Assembly (NCBI GenBank): GCA_049322955.1
Contig: JBMOPU010000012.1
Coordinates: 681,517-745,516 of the forward strand
Length of the DNA: 64,000 nt
From: Patescibacteria group bacterium
GTDB lineage: Bacteria; Patescibacteriota; Microgenomatia; UBA10105; UBA927
Direction of reading: 5' to 3'
Shown here: positions 7,089 to 17,162 of the stretch, piece after piece
Layout: every line of letters starts with the position of its first letter
How positions within the stretch are numbered: position 1 is the first letter of the stretch
The notes under the pieces: generated by a model
Told to the model about the DNA's origin: nothing
The model's input: the letters and a program-made list of their open reading frames with translations, nothing else
The model's database searches: none
Program-made: the position numbers and the translations under genes

Positions 7089-7988
7089 TTACCTCGATTT
7101 TTCGCTTTCCAATCGATTCATTGCAATAACTGAAAAACTGATGATGGCTCCGCCCAAGACGTCTCTTGGCATGGGGGCTTCGCCGAAGAATATAAATCCC
7201 AGAAATACGGCAAACAAAGCCTCTAGAGTCAAAATATTGCCTGCAAGCACTGCTTCAAGTTTTTGAAAGCCGTAATTAGTGAGGAAAACATTGAGGGCAT
7301 TGAAAATGCCTGCACCGATAACCGCGAATAGTAATCCCCAATTCCAACCGGCAAGCGGCAGACCGTCACCTTTGAAAAGCGAGACGAGAAAGACCGCCAA
7401 AAATGCTACGAAAAAATTGGCGACGGTTAATTCCGTATTGTTGAGAAAATCCGACTGCCATCTTCGTGCCACATAACTTAATGAAAAGAATACGGTGGAT
7501 GCCTGGGTGATCATTTCACCGCGACTCCAGTTAAATATATTGGAATAGTCCTGTACCGATATGATAAAAACGCCTATAAACGCCAAAACAATATACAATG
7601 CCTTTTTAAAAGAGAATTTTTCGCCGAGAAGCAAAAACCCCAACAGTGCCGTCATCGGCAACGCGCTGATAAAAGACACGTTCGCATATTTGGTGACAAG
7701 AATCGCTTGTGTAAAAAGGATAATACCAAAAAGTGAATAGGAAACTGCTCTGAGCAGTATAATCAACCAATCTTTTGCAGATATCTTTAAAAATTTCTTG
7801 AAATCAATTTGTTTCCTGAAAAGTATTAGACATATAAGTAATGCCGCAAACATGCGCAAATAAACCTGCTGAAATAAAAGGAATCCCGTTGCCAGGTAGC
7901 GTGCAAAAAGACCCATCGACGCAAAAACCAACGCTAAAAGGATAAGAGCAATAACCCCTTTGTGTTTATCAGAATTACGCATGTTCAT
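7089..7988 (-). CDS. EamA/DMT-family transporter (10 TM)
   Basis: Two repeated hydrophobic EamA-like halves. Typical length and TM spacing. Confidence 0.75.
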   Translation of the reverse strand: MNMRNSDKHKGVIALILLALVFASMGLFARYLATGFLLFQQVYLRMFAALLICLILFRKQIDFKKFLKISAKDWLIILLRAVSYSLFGIILFTQAILVTKYANVSFISALPMTALLGFLLLGEKFSFKKALYIVLAFIGVFIISVQDYSNIFNWSRGEMITQASTVFFSLSYVARRWQSDFLNNTELTVANFFVAFLAVFLVSLFKGDGLPLAGWNWGLLFAVIGAGIFNALNVFLTNYGFQKLEAVLAGNILTLEALFAVFLGFIFFGEAPMPRDVLGGAIISFSVIAMNRLESEKSR

Positions 7989-8015
7989 CTTGGTGCAATG
8001 GAATTTTTGGTGGTA

Positions 8016-9359
8016 CTACTTCCCTCTCGTCACCGTGTACAGTTTGGGGTAATACAGGAAGATCGCGGGAGCCTCTTCCACAAGTCTACGCTGGAAATCC
8101 GTATAGATAAGTTTGCGCTTTTCCTGATCAAGTTCCACCCTTCCGTCTTCCAATAGCTTATCGATTTTTACGTTCACGTATCCTGTGATATTCGTCGGTC
8201 CCTGGGTGGAGTGCCAGAACGGATATTGATCAGGATCGGGCGGAACGTCCTGCGCGCTTAACAACACCTGGTAGTCTTGAGGCACCGTACTTTCCACCTG
8301 CACCTTGGTCGGCATGCCAAGAGCCGTCCAGGAGGCCGCTATCTTTTGTGCCGTATCCAAATAGGAAGGGAAGGTGGAAAGCGTCAGTTGTCCCGATTCG
8401 GTTGCCAGCCTGGTTTGCCCGATCATCTTCTTTGCCTCGATCGGATTATAGGTGTAGTTTTTGACGTTTTTGGCATATGCCCACGACGTTTTACTGATCG
8501 GTGATCCGGCCTTTTCGTACGGCAATTCCGGAATACCGTACGCCAATCCCTGACGGATTGTTTTGTCACTCAGCTCAGGGTTACGCATGTTAAAAAATAA
8601 CGTAACGATGCGGTCATATTTAGTTTGTTCGGTCACGGTCACGTTTCCCCAGTTTGCCAGTGCCGACACAGTACTCATTTCCACTAACTCGTCAATTTCT
8701 CCCAGCTGGAACGCAAGTTGTGCCTGTGCTTCGGTCTGATAGAAGGTAAATTGTTTCGGCGTAAGCTTTTCGCCGAGTTTCGGATATAACGAAACAGATT
8801 TGACACTCCCTCCCGCAAGCTGAATATTCCCGACGCTATATTTCCCAATCCCGGTGAGGCCGGGCAGAAAGACGGGTTTTGAAAGCAATGAGGGAAACGG
8901 GCTATACGGATATTGCAGATGCGCAATCAGCATGTTATCTCCGGTAGGAACAAAGGTGACGCCCCGTATATTGTAATTCACGTCCAGTGCGGTGACGGTT
9001 TTGCCGTTATGCCAGGTAACATCCTTTTTTAGGGTAAAAATAAATGTTTTGCCGCTATTGGTCGCTTCCCATTTCTCGCTCAATGCAGGTTTTGGAGTGC
9101 CGTCGGGTGCAAGCTCCGTTAATCCTTGGCTGATAAGCTGTTGGATTGACGCGGGTAAGTTGGACGGACTGTATTCGCCTACCATACCGACTCGGTCCAT
9201 ACGATAGGTGAGCGAACGGGCAAAAAACGGATAGGCACGCCAGAAGAGCACAGAAAGCAACAATCCCGCGACAAATCCAAGCACCAGTGAACGGGTGTAC
9301 TTACGGGCGAGTTCTATGACAACAAGGAAAAAAAGCCGTACCGATCTAGGTCGAAACAT
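8016..9359 (-). CDS. ABC transporter substrate-binding protein, family 5 (peptide/nickel type), membrane-anchored
   Basis: N-terminal TM anchor. The FTLKKDVTWHNGKTVTALDV block is typical of SBP_bac_5 (OppA/DppA-like). Confidence 0.7.
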   Translation of the reverse strand: MFRPRSVRLFFLVVIELARKYTRSLVLGFVAGLLLSVLFWRAYPFFARSLTYRMDRVGMVGEYSPSNLPASIQQLISQGLTELAPDGTPKPALSEKWEATNSGKTFIFTLKKDVTWHNGKTVTALDVNYNIRGVTFVPTGDNMLIAHLQYPYSPFPSLLSKPVFLPGLTGIGKYSVGNIQLAGGSVKSVSLYPKLGEKLTPKQFTFYQTEAQAQLAFQLGEIDELVEMSTVSALANWGNVTVTEQTKYDRIVTLFFNMRNPELSDKTIRQGLAYGIPELPYEKAGSPISKTSWAYAKNVKNYTYNPIEAKKMIGQTRLATESGQLTLSTFPSYLDTAQKIAASWTALGMPTKVQVESTVPQDYQVLLSAQDVPPDPDQYPFWHSTQGPTNITGYVNVKIDKLLEDGRVELDQEKRKLIYTDFQRRLVEEAPAIFLYYPKLYTVTRGK

Positions 9360-9375
9360 AGCGGTTCACCGGTCG

Positions 9376-9591
9376 TCAATGAATGGCGACATTGATAAGC
9401 GACGTGATTAAAAATAACACGCCCACGACGATGGTTCCGGTGAAGATGACTTTTTCTGCCCCCCGTTTGGTCCGATACAGTTCTCCGCCGCCGAGTCCCC
9501 CGCCCAAACCGCCTTTACTGCTTTGGAGGAGGATAAGCCCCATAAGGGTTACGGAAAGTATGACCTGTAAAACTAAAAATACGGTACCCAT
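9376..9591 (-). CDS. secG: Preprotein translocase subunit SecG
   Basis: 71 aa, two TM helices flanking the LLQSSKGGLGGGLGGG glycine-rich loop characteristic of SecG. Confidence 0.75.
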   Translation of the reverse strand: MGTVFLVLQVILSVTLMGLILLQSSKGGLGGGLGGGELYRTKRGAEKVIFTGTIVVGVLFLITSLINVAIH

Positions 9592-9593
9592 AG

Positions 9594-10631
9594 TTATGGT
9601 GTAATAATACCAGCTAATGCCTCCGCAAGTCTATCGCTACTGTGTCGGATGAGGCTCCGGATGAGCGCATCGGAGGACGATTTCTTATACAGCGTATTAC
9701 TCACCAGTTTCCCCGTTCGGACCTTGTAGTAGCTGTTGCGCGGAAGATTATCGATAACAGGCGCTTCATGAGCCTTGGCATACACTTCCAGTGCCTTGGG
9801 TGAAAGTGGGGCGGTGTTGACTAATACATGATCGATTGATTGACCGATGATTTTTTCAACGGCGTTGACATGATCGACGGCGGTAAAGTTGTAGGTCTGG
9901 CCGAATTTGGTCATGAGGTTTAACACATAGACGATCTCCGCCTTCGTTTCTTTGAGCGCCTTGGCAATTCCCTCGACCAAAAGATTCGGCAGTAAGCTGG
10001 TGTAGAGATCCCCCGGACCAATGACCACCATATCGGCATTTTTGATGGCGGCAATCGCTTCGGGATTGGCTTTCGCATTGGGTTTTAAGGAGACATCGGT
10101 GATCTTGAGGGTACCGTCGTGTGTCGGTTCGTCGATAAGATGCTCTTCGGTAACCGTGGTGCCGTCTTCATAGGTGGCATAGAGGTTGGTTTCGGTGAGG
10201 GTTACGGGGATAACCGCACCTTTTATGCGAAGTACTTTCCCCGTCTGCTTGATCGCCTCATCCTGACTGCCCATGATGTCGGTTAAGGCGGCCATAAAGA
10301 GGTTTCCGAACGTCATACCGGCAATTCCCTGCCCCTTCTCGAAACGGTACATAAAAAGCTTGCGTAAGATTCCTATACCCCCGTTTTCGTCGGAAAGCGC
10401 CACGAGACATTGGCGGATGTCGGAGGTGGGAAGCAGGCCGAACTCATCACGAATCCTTCGGTTACTTCCTCCCGAATCACTCATGGTGACGATGGCGGTA
10501 AGCGAAAGCGGGTATTGCTTGAGCCCCCGAAGCGCGACAAAAGTACCCGTTCCCCCGCCGATGCACACGACTTTTTTGAGGTTCTGTTGTTTTGTTGCCA
10601 TAGCCGTTCGATTAGGACTCGGAAATGTCAT
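9594..10631 (-). CDS. YvcK/CofD-like gluconeogenesis-factor family protein (UPF0052)
   Basis: N-terminal VVCIGGGTG motif, MSDSGGS block and overall length fit the CofD/YvcK family. Confidence 0.7.
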   Translation of the reverse strand: MTFPSPNRTAMATKQQNLKKVVCIGGGTGTFVALRGLKQYPLSLTAIVTMSDSGGSNRRIRDEFGLLPTSDIRQCLVALSDENGGIGILRKLFMYRFEKGQGIAGMTFGNLFMAALTDIMGSQDEAIKQTGKVLRIKGAVIPVTLTETNLYATYEDGTTVTEEHLIDEPTHDGTLKITDVSLKPNAKANPEAIAAIKNADMVVIGPGDLYTSLLPNLLVEGIAKALKETKAEIVYVLNLMTKFGQTYNFTAVDHVNAVEKIIGQSIDHVLVNTAPLSPKALEVYAKAHEAPVIDNLPRNSYYKVRTGKLVSNTLYKKSSSDALIRSLIRHSSDRLAEALAGIITP

Positions 10632-11016
10632 GCAGTAAGTTCACCAGTGCCGAGACAGCCAATGATACCAGAATGAACGATACAAATGAAGAAAAGGCAA
10701 TCTCCGGGAGCACAAATCCGGCAAATGACGCCCCGGGAAATGTCCAAGCCGTAACCTTCACCCCGCTGACGAAAAAGGTTAACAGGTACAGAACTATAAC
10801 GTTAATAAACCATGAAAGCAATCCGAACGTCAGGAGATTTATCGGAATAAAGAGTATCTTCAGAAGCGGGGCGACTAACAGCATAAGGAGGCTCAACACA
10901 AAGCCCGCAAGCAAAAGTACCGGCCATCCTCCGCTTATTTGGAGCGCGGGAAGTATTTGAGAAACGAACCAAAGGGAAAAACTGTGAAACAGAAAAACCC
11001 GCAGTAAATACTTCAT
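10612..11016 (-). CDS. Small 4-TM membrane protein (DUF360/YvlD-like)
   Basis: Four hydrophobic helices in 134 aa. Overlaps the YvcK-like gene by 20 nt. The family assignment is tentative. Confidence 0.45.
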   Translation of the reverse strand: MKYLLRVFLFHSFSLWFVSQILPALQISGGWPVLLLAGFVLSLLMLLVAPLLKILFIPINLLTFGLLSWFINVIVLYLLTFFVSGVKVTAWTFPGASFAGFVLPEIAFSSFVSFILVSLAVSALVNLLHDISES

Positions 11017-11050
11017 AATGATTTATGGTACCAAGAGCGGTGCGCTTCGG

Positions 11051-12394
11051 TCAAACGCCGGAGGCATCCAGTTGCTTTTTAAATGCTTTTGAGCGAAGCA
11101 ACCGGTGGTAGGTTATGGCAAACCGGTGCGCTTCATCGCGTATCCGTTGTACGACCTTTATCGCACGACCCGAAAGCGGCAGGCGAAGGATCGAAAAACC
11201 TTTTTCCTCGGGGATAACCAATTCTTCTTCCCGTTTCGCAAGACCCACGAGCGGTAGCGTGATGCCAAGCTCTGTTAACACGGTTTTGGCCGTTTCCACT
11301 TGCGGTTTGCCGCCGTCAACGATCAGCAAATCAGGAAACGGCCACTCCGTATGAGCAAGTCTTCTCGTGAGGACATCGCGCATCATCGCAACGTCGGAGA
11401 TGCCTTTGACCGAGGTGATCCGAAACTTCCGATACTCTCCTTTTTCCGGTCGGCCGTCGTGCAGGACGGTCATGGAACCCACCGCCTGTTTGCCCATGAG
11501 ATTAGATATATCAAAACATTCGATGCGATGCAGTGTGTGTAACTCGGGAAAGTACCTCTGCATGCGAAGCAGGAGTTCCGAAAGTTCCTCCTGATAGATG
11601 TCGGTTGCCCCCTGATCCAAAAATATCTGCGGGTCATAACGATATGCCGATATGCCGTTTAAAAATTGCAATCGATCCTTTATGACGCCGGCTTTTTCAA
11701 AAGCCAGCGCATCGGCATACGCGCGCATTTCCTTTTCGTATTCTTTCACCAACCAGGCGGTTTTCCCCTGAAACAGGGCATTTAAGCGAAACATATTTGA
11801 ACGATACCGGTGTATTGCCTGTTCACGGGCTTTTCCTTCCAGTGTGATGATGATGCCGGGACAAGGATCGCATAACCCAAGATGGGTATAAAAACATGCT
11901 TTCCCCCTGCGTTCCTTTTGCGTGCAGTACGGAACGATACTCCGTAACTGCCGGAGGAGCCCGCGTAAAGCATATCCCGATTGGAACGGACCGTAGATGG
12001 CATTTTTGGCCGAATGCTCATAAAACTGTAGCTCTCCTTTTCGCACTAAAAGGAGCCTAGGTAATTCCTCAGAAAGGGTGATGACGACATACAGATAGCT
12101 TTTGTCATCACGTGACACTACGTTGTATTTCGGCATATACTGCCGAATGAGTTTTGCTTCCAGGAGCAGTGCATCAAATTCGCTGGTCGTAGGGATTGTT
12201 TCAATGGAGTTGATTTCCGCAACAAGTCGTACGGTTTTTTCACCGACGGCATCCTCGCGCTGAAAATACTGCCTGACCCTGCGGGACAAATCGACGGCCT
12301 TGCCGACGTAGATAACTGTCTTTTCCGCATTCCGGTAGATGTACACTCCCGGTTCTTTGGGGAGTACTGCTAATGTTTCTTTGAGGTTTTCCAT
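11051..12394 (-). CDS. uvrC: Excinuclease ABC subunit C (short form, lacking the C-terminal HhH region)
   Basis: N-terminal GIY-YIG (PGVYIYRNAEKTVIYVGKAVDLSRRVRQYF). UvrB-interacting and RNase-H-like middle regions. 447 aa. Start overlaps the upstream gene by 25 nt. Confidence 0.8.
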   Translation of the reverse strand: MENLKETLAVLPKEPGVYIYRNAEKTVIYVGKAVDLSRRVRQYFQREDAVGEKTVRLVAEINSIETIPTTSEFDALLLEAKLIRQYMPKYNVVSRDDKSYLYVVITLSEELPRLLLVRKGELQFYEHSAKNAIYGPFQSGYALRGLLRQLRSIVPYCTQKERRGKACFYTHLGLCDPCPGIIITLEGKAREQAIHRYRSNMFRLNALFQGKTAWLVKEYEKEMRAYADALAFEKAGVIKDRLQFLNGISAYRYDPQIFLDQGATDIYQEELSELLLRMQRYFPELHTLHRIECFDISNLMGKQAVGSMTVLHDGRPEKGEYRKFRITSVKGISDVAMMRDVLTRRLAHTEWPFPDLLIVDGGKPQVETAKTVLTELGITLPLVGLAKREEELVIPEEKGFSILRLPLSGRAIKVVQRIRDEAHRFAITYHRLLRSKAFKKQLDASGV

Positions 12395-14184
12395 AGGAAT
12401 AGTTGTAGGAGTTTTATCCCGATACCGATTGCCGAAAGAAGCGTCAGTGCCCCGAGTACGACAAGCCAGTACAGCGGTTGGATGCGAAAGCTTTGGGTTA
12501 AGGTGACGTCATTGACCCGCGCACGAATCTGACCGGGTTTTGCGGTAACCGTCTGATCAAACGTGCCGGCAATGGGAATGCGAACCACCGCATAAGGGAG
12601 GAGCTCACCGATAACTTCCGTTACCTTTATGGCATCGGGCTCGGACACCGCACTGACGGCAATATTGTATGCTGATTCTCCTCCTTTGTTGGTGATGACA
12701 ATCGCGCCCGATGCCTTGGTGCCGGCTCCTACCTGACTCGGAAACTCGATAACGGTTGAAACATCCGCACCTTTATCCTGGGCAGATTCAGCAAACTCAA
12801 CGCTGATATCCCTTCCCGAACTGTCCGCGGTTCGATAGTAACCGGCAGGATACGGTGTTGCGCTGTCGATACCGTTAATGGCAAAGACGATATGGTTAAA
12901 GTCGAGTTTGGTAAAGTAATCAACTCCCCCGGTTGTGTTTGCCCAGGTCGGATCAACGGGTACCCATAATTTGAGCGTGCTGTCGTAGTACTCGGGCCAT
13001 GCATGCAAGACGTCGGTGATCAGTGAGAGGGGTCGGAGCTTCGGATTATTCGTATAGGCATAGCCGACCACTCTTCGTGCCGGTATGCCGGCGGCACGGG
13101 CAATCGCGATAAATAAGTCGGTAAATTCCATACACACCGCCTGCGACGGATTTTTACTTGCTTCCAGAGCTCCCAGGCGCGTTGTCGGAGCGTTTACTTT
13201 GTCATAATTGTACGAAAGCGCCGTTGAGACGTAGGAATAGATCAACTCCGGCGTGTTGTAACGTGCGGCAAGACTCTGAATGGAGGTGTCTTTCACCTGC
13301 CAATACGCCGCCTCTTTGGTATAGAGCGCGGGATCGGGAGGCGTTGTCGCAAAATCTTTCCGTGCGGAAAGAAACACCGATATCGAAAGCACCGCGGTTA
13401 CTTTAAGGGTCTGTCGCGGCGCTACACTATACCTGCCGAGCCAATTACCGTCGGGATCCGACGTCACCGTCACCGGGGAAGGCGTTAACGATTGGATGGT
13501 GACCTTTTGGAATGCGGTACTCGGCGGCAAGGCAATTTCCTGTAGCTCCGCAGTGACCCCGGGATTGCTGAGCGAATAGGTAAGCGTCAGATCAAAATTT
13601 TGAGTGGCGCCGTATGCGGCCGCGATGCCTCCCTTGATCATCTGTTCTTTGTTCCACGACTTGCCGTTGGCAGGTTGTGGGGAAAGGTAGGCCGCGGGGC
13701 CGAACGTCGGAGGTACCGCAACGGTGACATCATAAGCGCCGATGTCGGGATCATTGAGTACACCCGGTACGTACAACTCCCAAATACTTCCGTTTTTTGT
13801 CGCAATCCCCGCATGTTCATAGCGCAATGAAAACGGCAACGATTTTCCCAATCCGATGGCGCGGACATTAAACCGAAGTGAAATATGCGTCTTTCCTTCT
13901 TTTACCGAGATCGCCGGGGTAATAATGCCGCCGTCATCATAGGCGATGATATTGCTTATTTTGTCGCTGTCCAAAACCAATGAATATTCCTGCGGATAAA
14001 AATTCGGGAGCTTGTTGGTAAGGGTCACCTGTTGGGTGACGATGGTTTTCCCCGTGGGTGAAATCGCGTATTGTACGTCATAATCGGCCTGAAATTCACC
14101 GGTGGCATATGCTTTAGGAGTGATTGTGACTATTCCGAAAAGAAGGAAGAGCAGGCAAAAAAGTCGTCCGGCGAAGACACGCAT
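12370..14184 (-). CDS. Exported transglutaminase-like cysteine protease-domain protein with C-terminal TM anchor
   Basis: Signal peptide. CMEFTDLFIAIARAAGIPARRVVGYAY ... HAWPEYYD is the transglutaminase-like Cys-His-Asp core. C-terminal hydrophobic helix. Confidence 0.7.
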   Translation of the reverse strand: MRVFAGRLFCLLFLLFGIVTITPKAYATGEFQADYDVQYAISPTGKTIVTQQVTLTNKLPNFYPQEYSLVLDSDKISNIIAYDDGGIITPAISVKEGKTHISLRFNVRAIGLGKSLPFSLRYEHAGIATKNGSIWELYVPGVLNDPDIGAYDVTVAVPPTFGPAAYLSPQPANGKSWNKEQMIKGGIAAAYGATQNFDLTLTYSLSNPGVTAELQEIALPPSTAFQKVTIQSLTPSPVTVTSDPDGNWLGRYSVAPRQTLKVTAVLSISVFLSARKDFATTPPDPALYTKEAAYWQVKDTSIQSLAARYNTPELIYSYVSTALSYNYDKVNAPTTRLGALEASKNPSQAVCMEFTDLFIAIARAAGIPARRVVGYAYTNNPKLRPLSLITDVLHAWPEYYDSTLKLWVPVDPTWANTTGGVDYFTKLDFNHIVFAINGIDSATPYPAGYYRTADSSGRDISVEFAESAQDKGADVSTVIEFPSQVGAGTKASGAIVITNKGGESAYNIAVSAVSEPDAIKVTEVIGELLPYAVVRIPIAGTFDQTVTAKPGQIRARVNDVTLTQSFRIQPLYWLVVLGALTLLSAIGIGIKLLQLFLWKTSKKH

Positions 14185-14188
14185 ACGT

Positions 14189-17128
14189 CTATAGTACCCT
14201 TTTTAGAAATTGACCGGTATACGATAAACGGTTTGCGGCAATTTCTTTAGGAGTTCCTTGTGCGATGATATCGCCTCCCTTGGATCCCCCTTCAGGACCT
14301 AAATCGATAATCCAATCGGCACTGCGGATAACATCAAGATTATGCTCGATGACCACGACGGTATTACCGAGAGCAACCAGTCGGTGCAAAACCGCAAGGA
14401 GTTTTTCAAGGTCGGCAAAGTGCAGACCCGTGGTCGGCTCATCCAGGATATACAGCGTTCTTCCGGTTGACCGTCGGGAAAGCTCGCTTGAAAGCTTAAC
14501 CCGCTGAGCCTCTCCGCCTGATAGAGTTGTCGCAGGTTGCCCCAAATGCATATAGGACAGACCGACATCGGCAATGGTGGTCAGTTTAGACAGCACCTGC
14601 GGGTGCGCATGGAAAAATTCGATAGCTTCCGTAATACTCATGTTGAGCACGTCCGCTATTGATTTGCCGCGATACGTCACCTCGAGCGTTTCATTGTTAT
14701 AGCGCTTGCCGCCACATACTTCGCAGGTTACATACACGTCCGCCATAAACTGCATTTCGATCTTTCGTTGTCCTTCGCCTTCACACACCTCACACCGACC
14801 CCCCTTGACGTTAAAGGAGAATCGTCCGCTTTTATATCCGCGGAGACGCGATTCGGATAGGTTGGCATAGATATCGCGAACAAAACTGAAAATACCCGTA
14901 TACGTCGCGGGGTTGCTTCGCGGAGTTCGCCCGATCGGCGATTGGTCGATGAGTACCACTTTGTCGATTGCATCGATACCGGTTACCGATGCAAACGTTC
15001 CGGGGCGTTCTTTGGAAAACGGATTATAGTGCCGCATAAGCGCGGGATAGAACGTCTCGACGACAAGGGAAGATTTTCCGCTTCCCGATACTCCGGTGAC
15101 ACAGACGAATTTACCGAGCGGAATAGAGAGATCCACGCCTTTTAAGTTGTTATGCGTCACGTTGGTCATGGTGATAAAACGCGGGGTAAGATCGGTCTGT
15201 GGGCTTTTCGTAACCGTTATGTGCTTTCTCCCTGAGAGATAACCCCCGGTGACTGACTTTTTCGACTCTTTGATTTCGGCAAGCGTTCCCTGTGCTACCA
15301 CGGTGCCGCCGAATTTTCCCGCGCCAGGGCCGAAGTCCACTATATAATCCCCCGCTTCTATCATCTCGCGATCATGTTCGACGACGATGACGGAGTTCCC
15401 CAGATCACGAAGCGATACCAGCGTTTTGACGAGCCGATGATTATCCCGTGGGTGCAATCCGATGGACGGTTCATCCAAAACGTACAATACCCCGGTCAAG
15501 CCGGAGCCTATTTGTGACGCTAATCTGATCCGCTGTGCCTCGCCGCCCGCCAGTGTCGTTGCGCCTCGCGAAAGTGAGAGGTATTCGAGTCCGACACTGA
15601 GGAGAAACCCCAACCTCGCCAACACTTCCTTGAGAATCGGTCCCGCGATACGTGCCTCCGTTTGCGACAGGACGGCATTTTCCGTTTTGGCGATTGATTG
15701 TGTCCATGCGTACGCGTCGGTAATGCTCATATCCGTCACATCGGCAATGGAGTGCTTATCAATGGTGATGGTGAGACTTTCTTTCTTGAGCCGTTTTCCC
15801 TGACACGCACTACACACTTCCGTACGCATATATTTCTCGATTTCCGTTCGGAGAAAATCGGATTCCGATTCGGCATGTCGCTTCATGAGCTCGGGAATAA
15901 ATCCCGAAAACGTTTCATTAATGGCCGTTTCTTCACCAAAACGGTTTTTCCCTTTGACATGATGAATCTCATCTCCCGTGCCGTAAAGCAATATGTCCCG
16001 CTGTTTTTTGGTGAAGGTCTTAAGCGGCAGTCGTATGTTCATACCGTGTTTCTCGGCAACCGCTGTCACGACGCGTGAATACCAGGTATCGTGAAAAAAT
16101 GTCTTGGCAAACGGCAACACCCCGCCCTCGGTTATGGAAAGATCCAAATTGAGAACGAGCTCCGGGTCAACCGTCAGGATGGATCCGATGCCGGTACAGG
16201 TGGGACACGCGCCGTGCGGTGAATTGAACGAAAATGACCGCGGTTCGATTTCTGGTAACGAGATATTACAAACCGGACAACTGAATTTTTCGGAAAAAAT
16301 ATGATCATGAACCGAACTGGGCTTATCGGGAAGCGAAAAACTTTTGTCATGAATTTCTCCCGCTATGACCAATCCCTCTGCAAGATTTAACGACTGTTCG
16401 ACGGCTTCGGTAAGCCGTGATCGAATGGTACTGACAAAGGCGGGCTTGAGGCTTTGTTTATCGATACTGAATTTATCGATAACGACATCAATAGAATGTT
16501 TGTTGGTTTTCAAAAGCGTGATGTCGCTATCAAGCTCAATAAACTTTCCGTCCACGCGCATCATTCGGAATCCTTTTGCTTTTACGTTATCAAAAAGCCC
16601 GGTGAATTCACCCTTGCGATCTCGTACGATGGGAGCCAAAATGACCAGTCGATAACTTCGGGCGGTGCCGCTCAGGCTGTTTTGGGCCATGGCAAGGATC
16701 GCATTCACAATCTGATCACCCGACATTTTGGAAATTTCCCTGCCGCAGTTCGGGCAATGCGGATGTCCGACACGGGCAAACAGCAAACGCAGGTAATCAT
16801 AAATTTCGGTGACGGTTCCGACCGTGGAGCGGGGGTTATGGGATGTGGATTTCTGGTCGATAGAAATCGCGGGCGACAACCCTTCTATCGTGTCCACATC
16901 GGGTTTGTCCATGACGCCAAGGAATTGTCTGGCGTATGAGGAAAGTGATTCCACATATCGCCGTTGCCCTTCCGCATAGATGGTATCAAATGCCAGGCTT
17001 GACTTCCCGGAGCCGGAAAGGCCGGTAAAAACAACAAGTTTATTTTTGGGAAGCTCCAGGTGCACGTTTTTCAAATTGTGCTGTCTGGCGCCTTTAATGA
17101 TAATGTTTTCCATAAAGCAAACGACCAC
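14189..17128 (-). CDS. uvrA: Excinuclease ABC subunit A
   Basis: Two ABC ATPase modules with Walker A GLSGSGKSSL and GVSGSGKSSL, LSGGE signature motifs and zinc-finger cysteines. 979 aa. Confidence 0.95.
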   Translation of the reverse strand: MVVCFMENIIIKGARQHNLKNVHLELPKNKLVVFTGLSGSGKSSLAFDTIYAEGQRRYVESLSSYARQFLGVMDKPDVDTIEGLSPAISIDQKSTSHNPRSTVGTVTEIYDYLRLLFARVGHPHCPNCGREISKMSGDQIVNAILAMAQNSLSGTARSYRLVILAPIVRDRKGEFTGLFDNVKAKGFRMMRVDGKFIELDSDITLLKTNKHSIDVVIDKFSIDKQSLKPAFVSTIRSRLTEAVEQSLNLAEGLVIAGEIHDKSFSLPDKPSSVHDHIFSEKFSCPVCNISLPEIEPRSFSFNSPHGACPTCTGIGSILTVDPELVLNLDLSITEGGVLPFAKTFFHDTWYSRVVTAVAEKHGMNIRLPLKTFTKKQRDILLYGTGDEIHHVKGKNRFGEETAINETFSGFIPELMKRHAESESDFLRTEIEKYMRTEVCSACQGKRLKKESLTITIDKHSIADVTDMSITDAYAWTQSIAKTENAVLSQTEARIAGPILKEVLARLGFLLSVGLEYLSLSRGATTLAGGEAQRIRLASQIGSGLTGVLYVLDEPSIGLHPRDNHRLVKTLVSLRDLGNSVIVVEHDREMIEAGDYIVDFGPGAGKFGGTVVAQGTLAEIKESKKSVTGGYLSGRKHITVTKSPQTDLTPRFITMTNVTHNNLKGVDLSIPLGKFVCVTGVSGSGKSSLVVETFYPALMRHYNPFSKERPGTFASVTGIDAIDKVVLIDQSPIGRTPRSNPATYTGIFSFVRDIYANLSESRLRGYKSGRFSFNVKGGRCEVCEGEGQRKIEMQFMADVYVTCEVCGGKRYNNETLEVTYRGKSIADVLNMSITEAIEFFHAHPQVLSKLTTIADVGLSYMHLGQPATTLSGGEAQRVKLSSELSRRSTGRTLYILDEPTTGLHFADLEKLLAVLHRLVALGNTVVVIEHNLDVIRSADWIIDLGPEGGSKGGDIIAQGTPKEIAANRLSYTGQFLKRVL

Positions 17129-17162
17129 CGATATCCCGTGGCTTGGGTATTATACCAGGCTA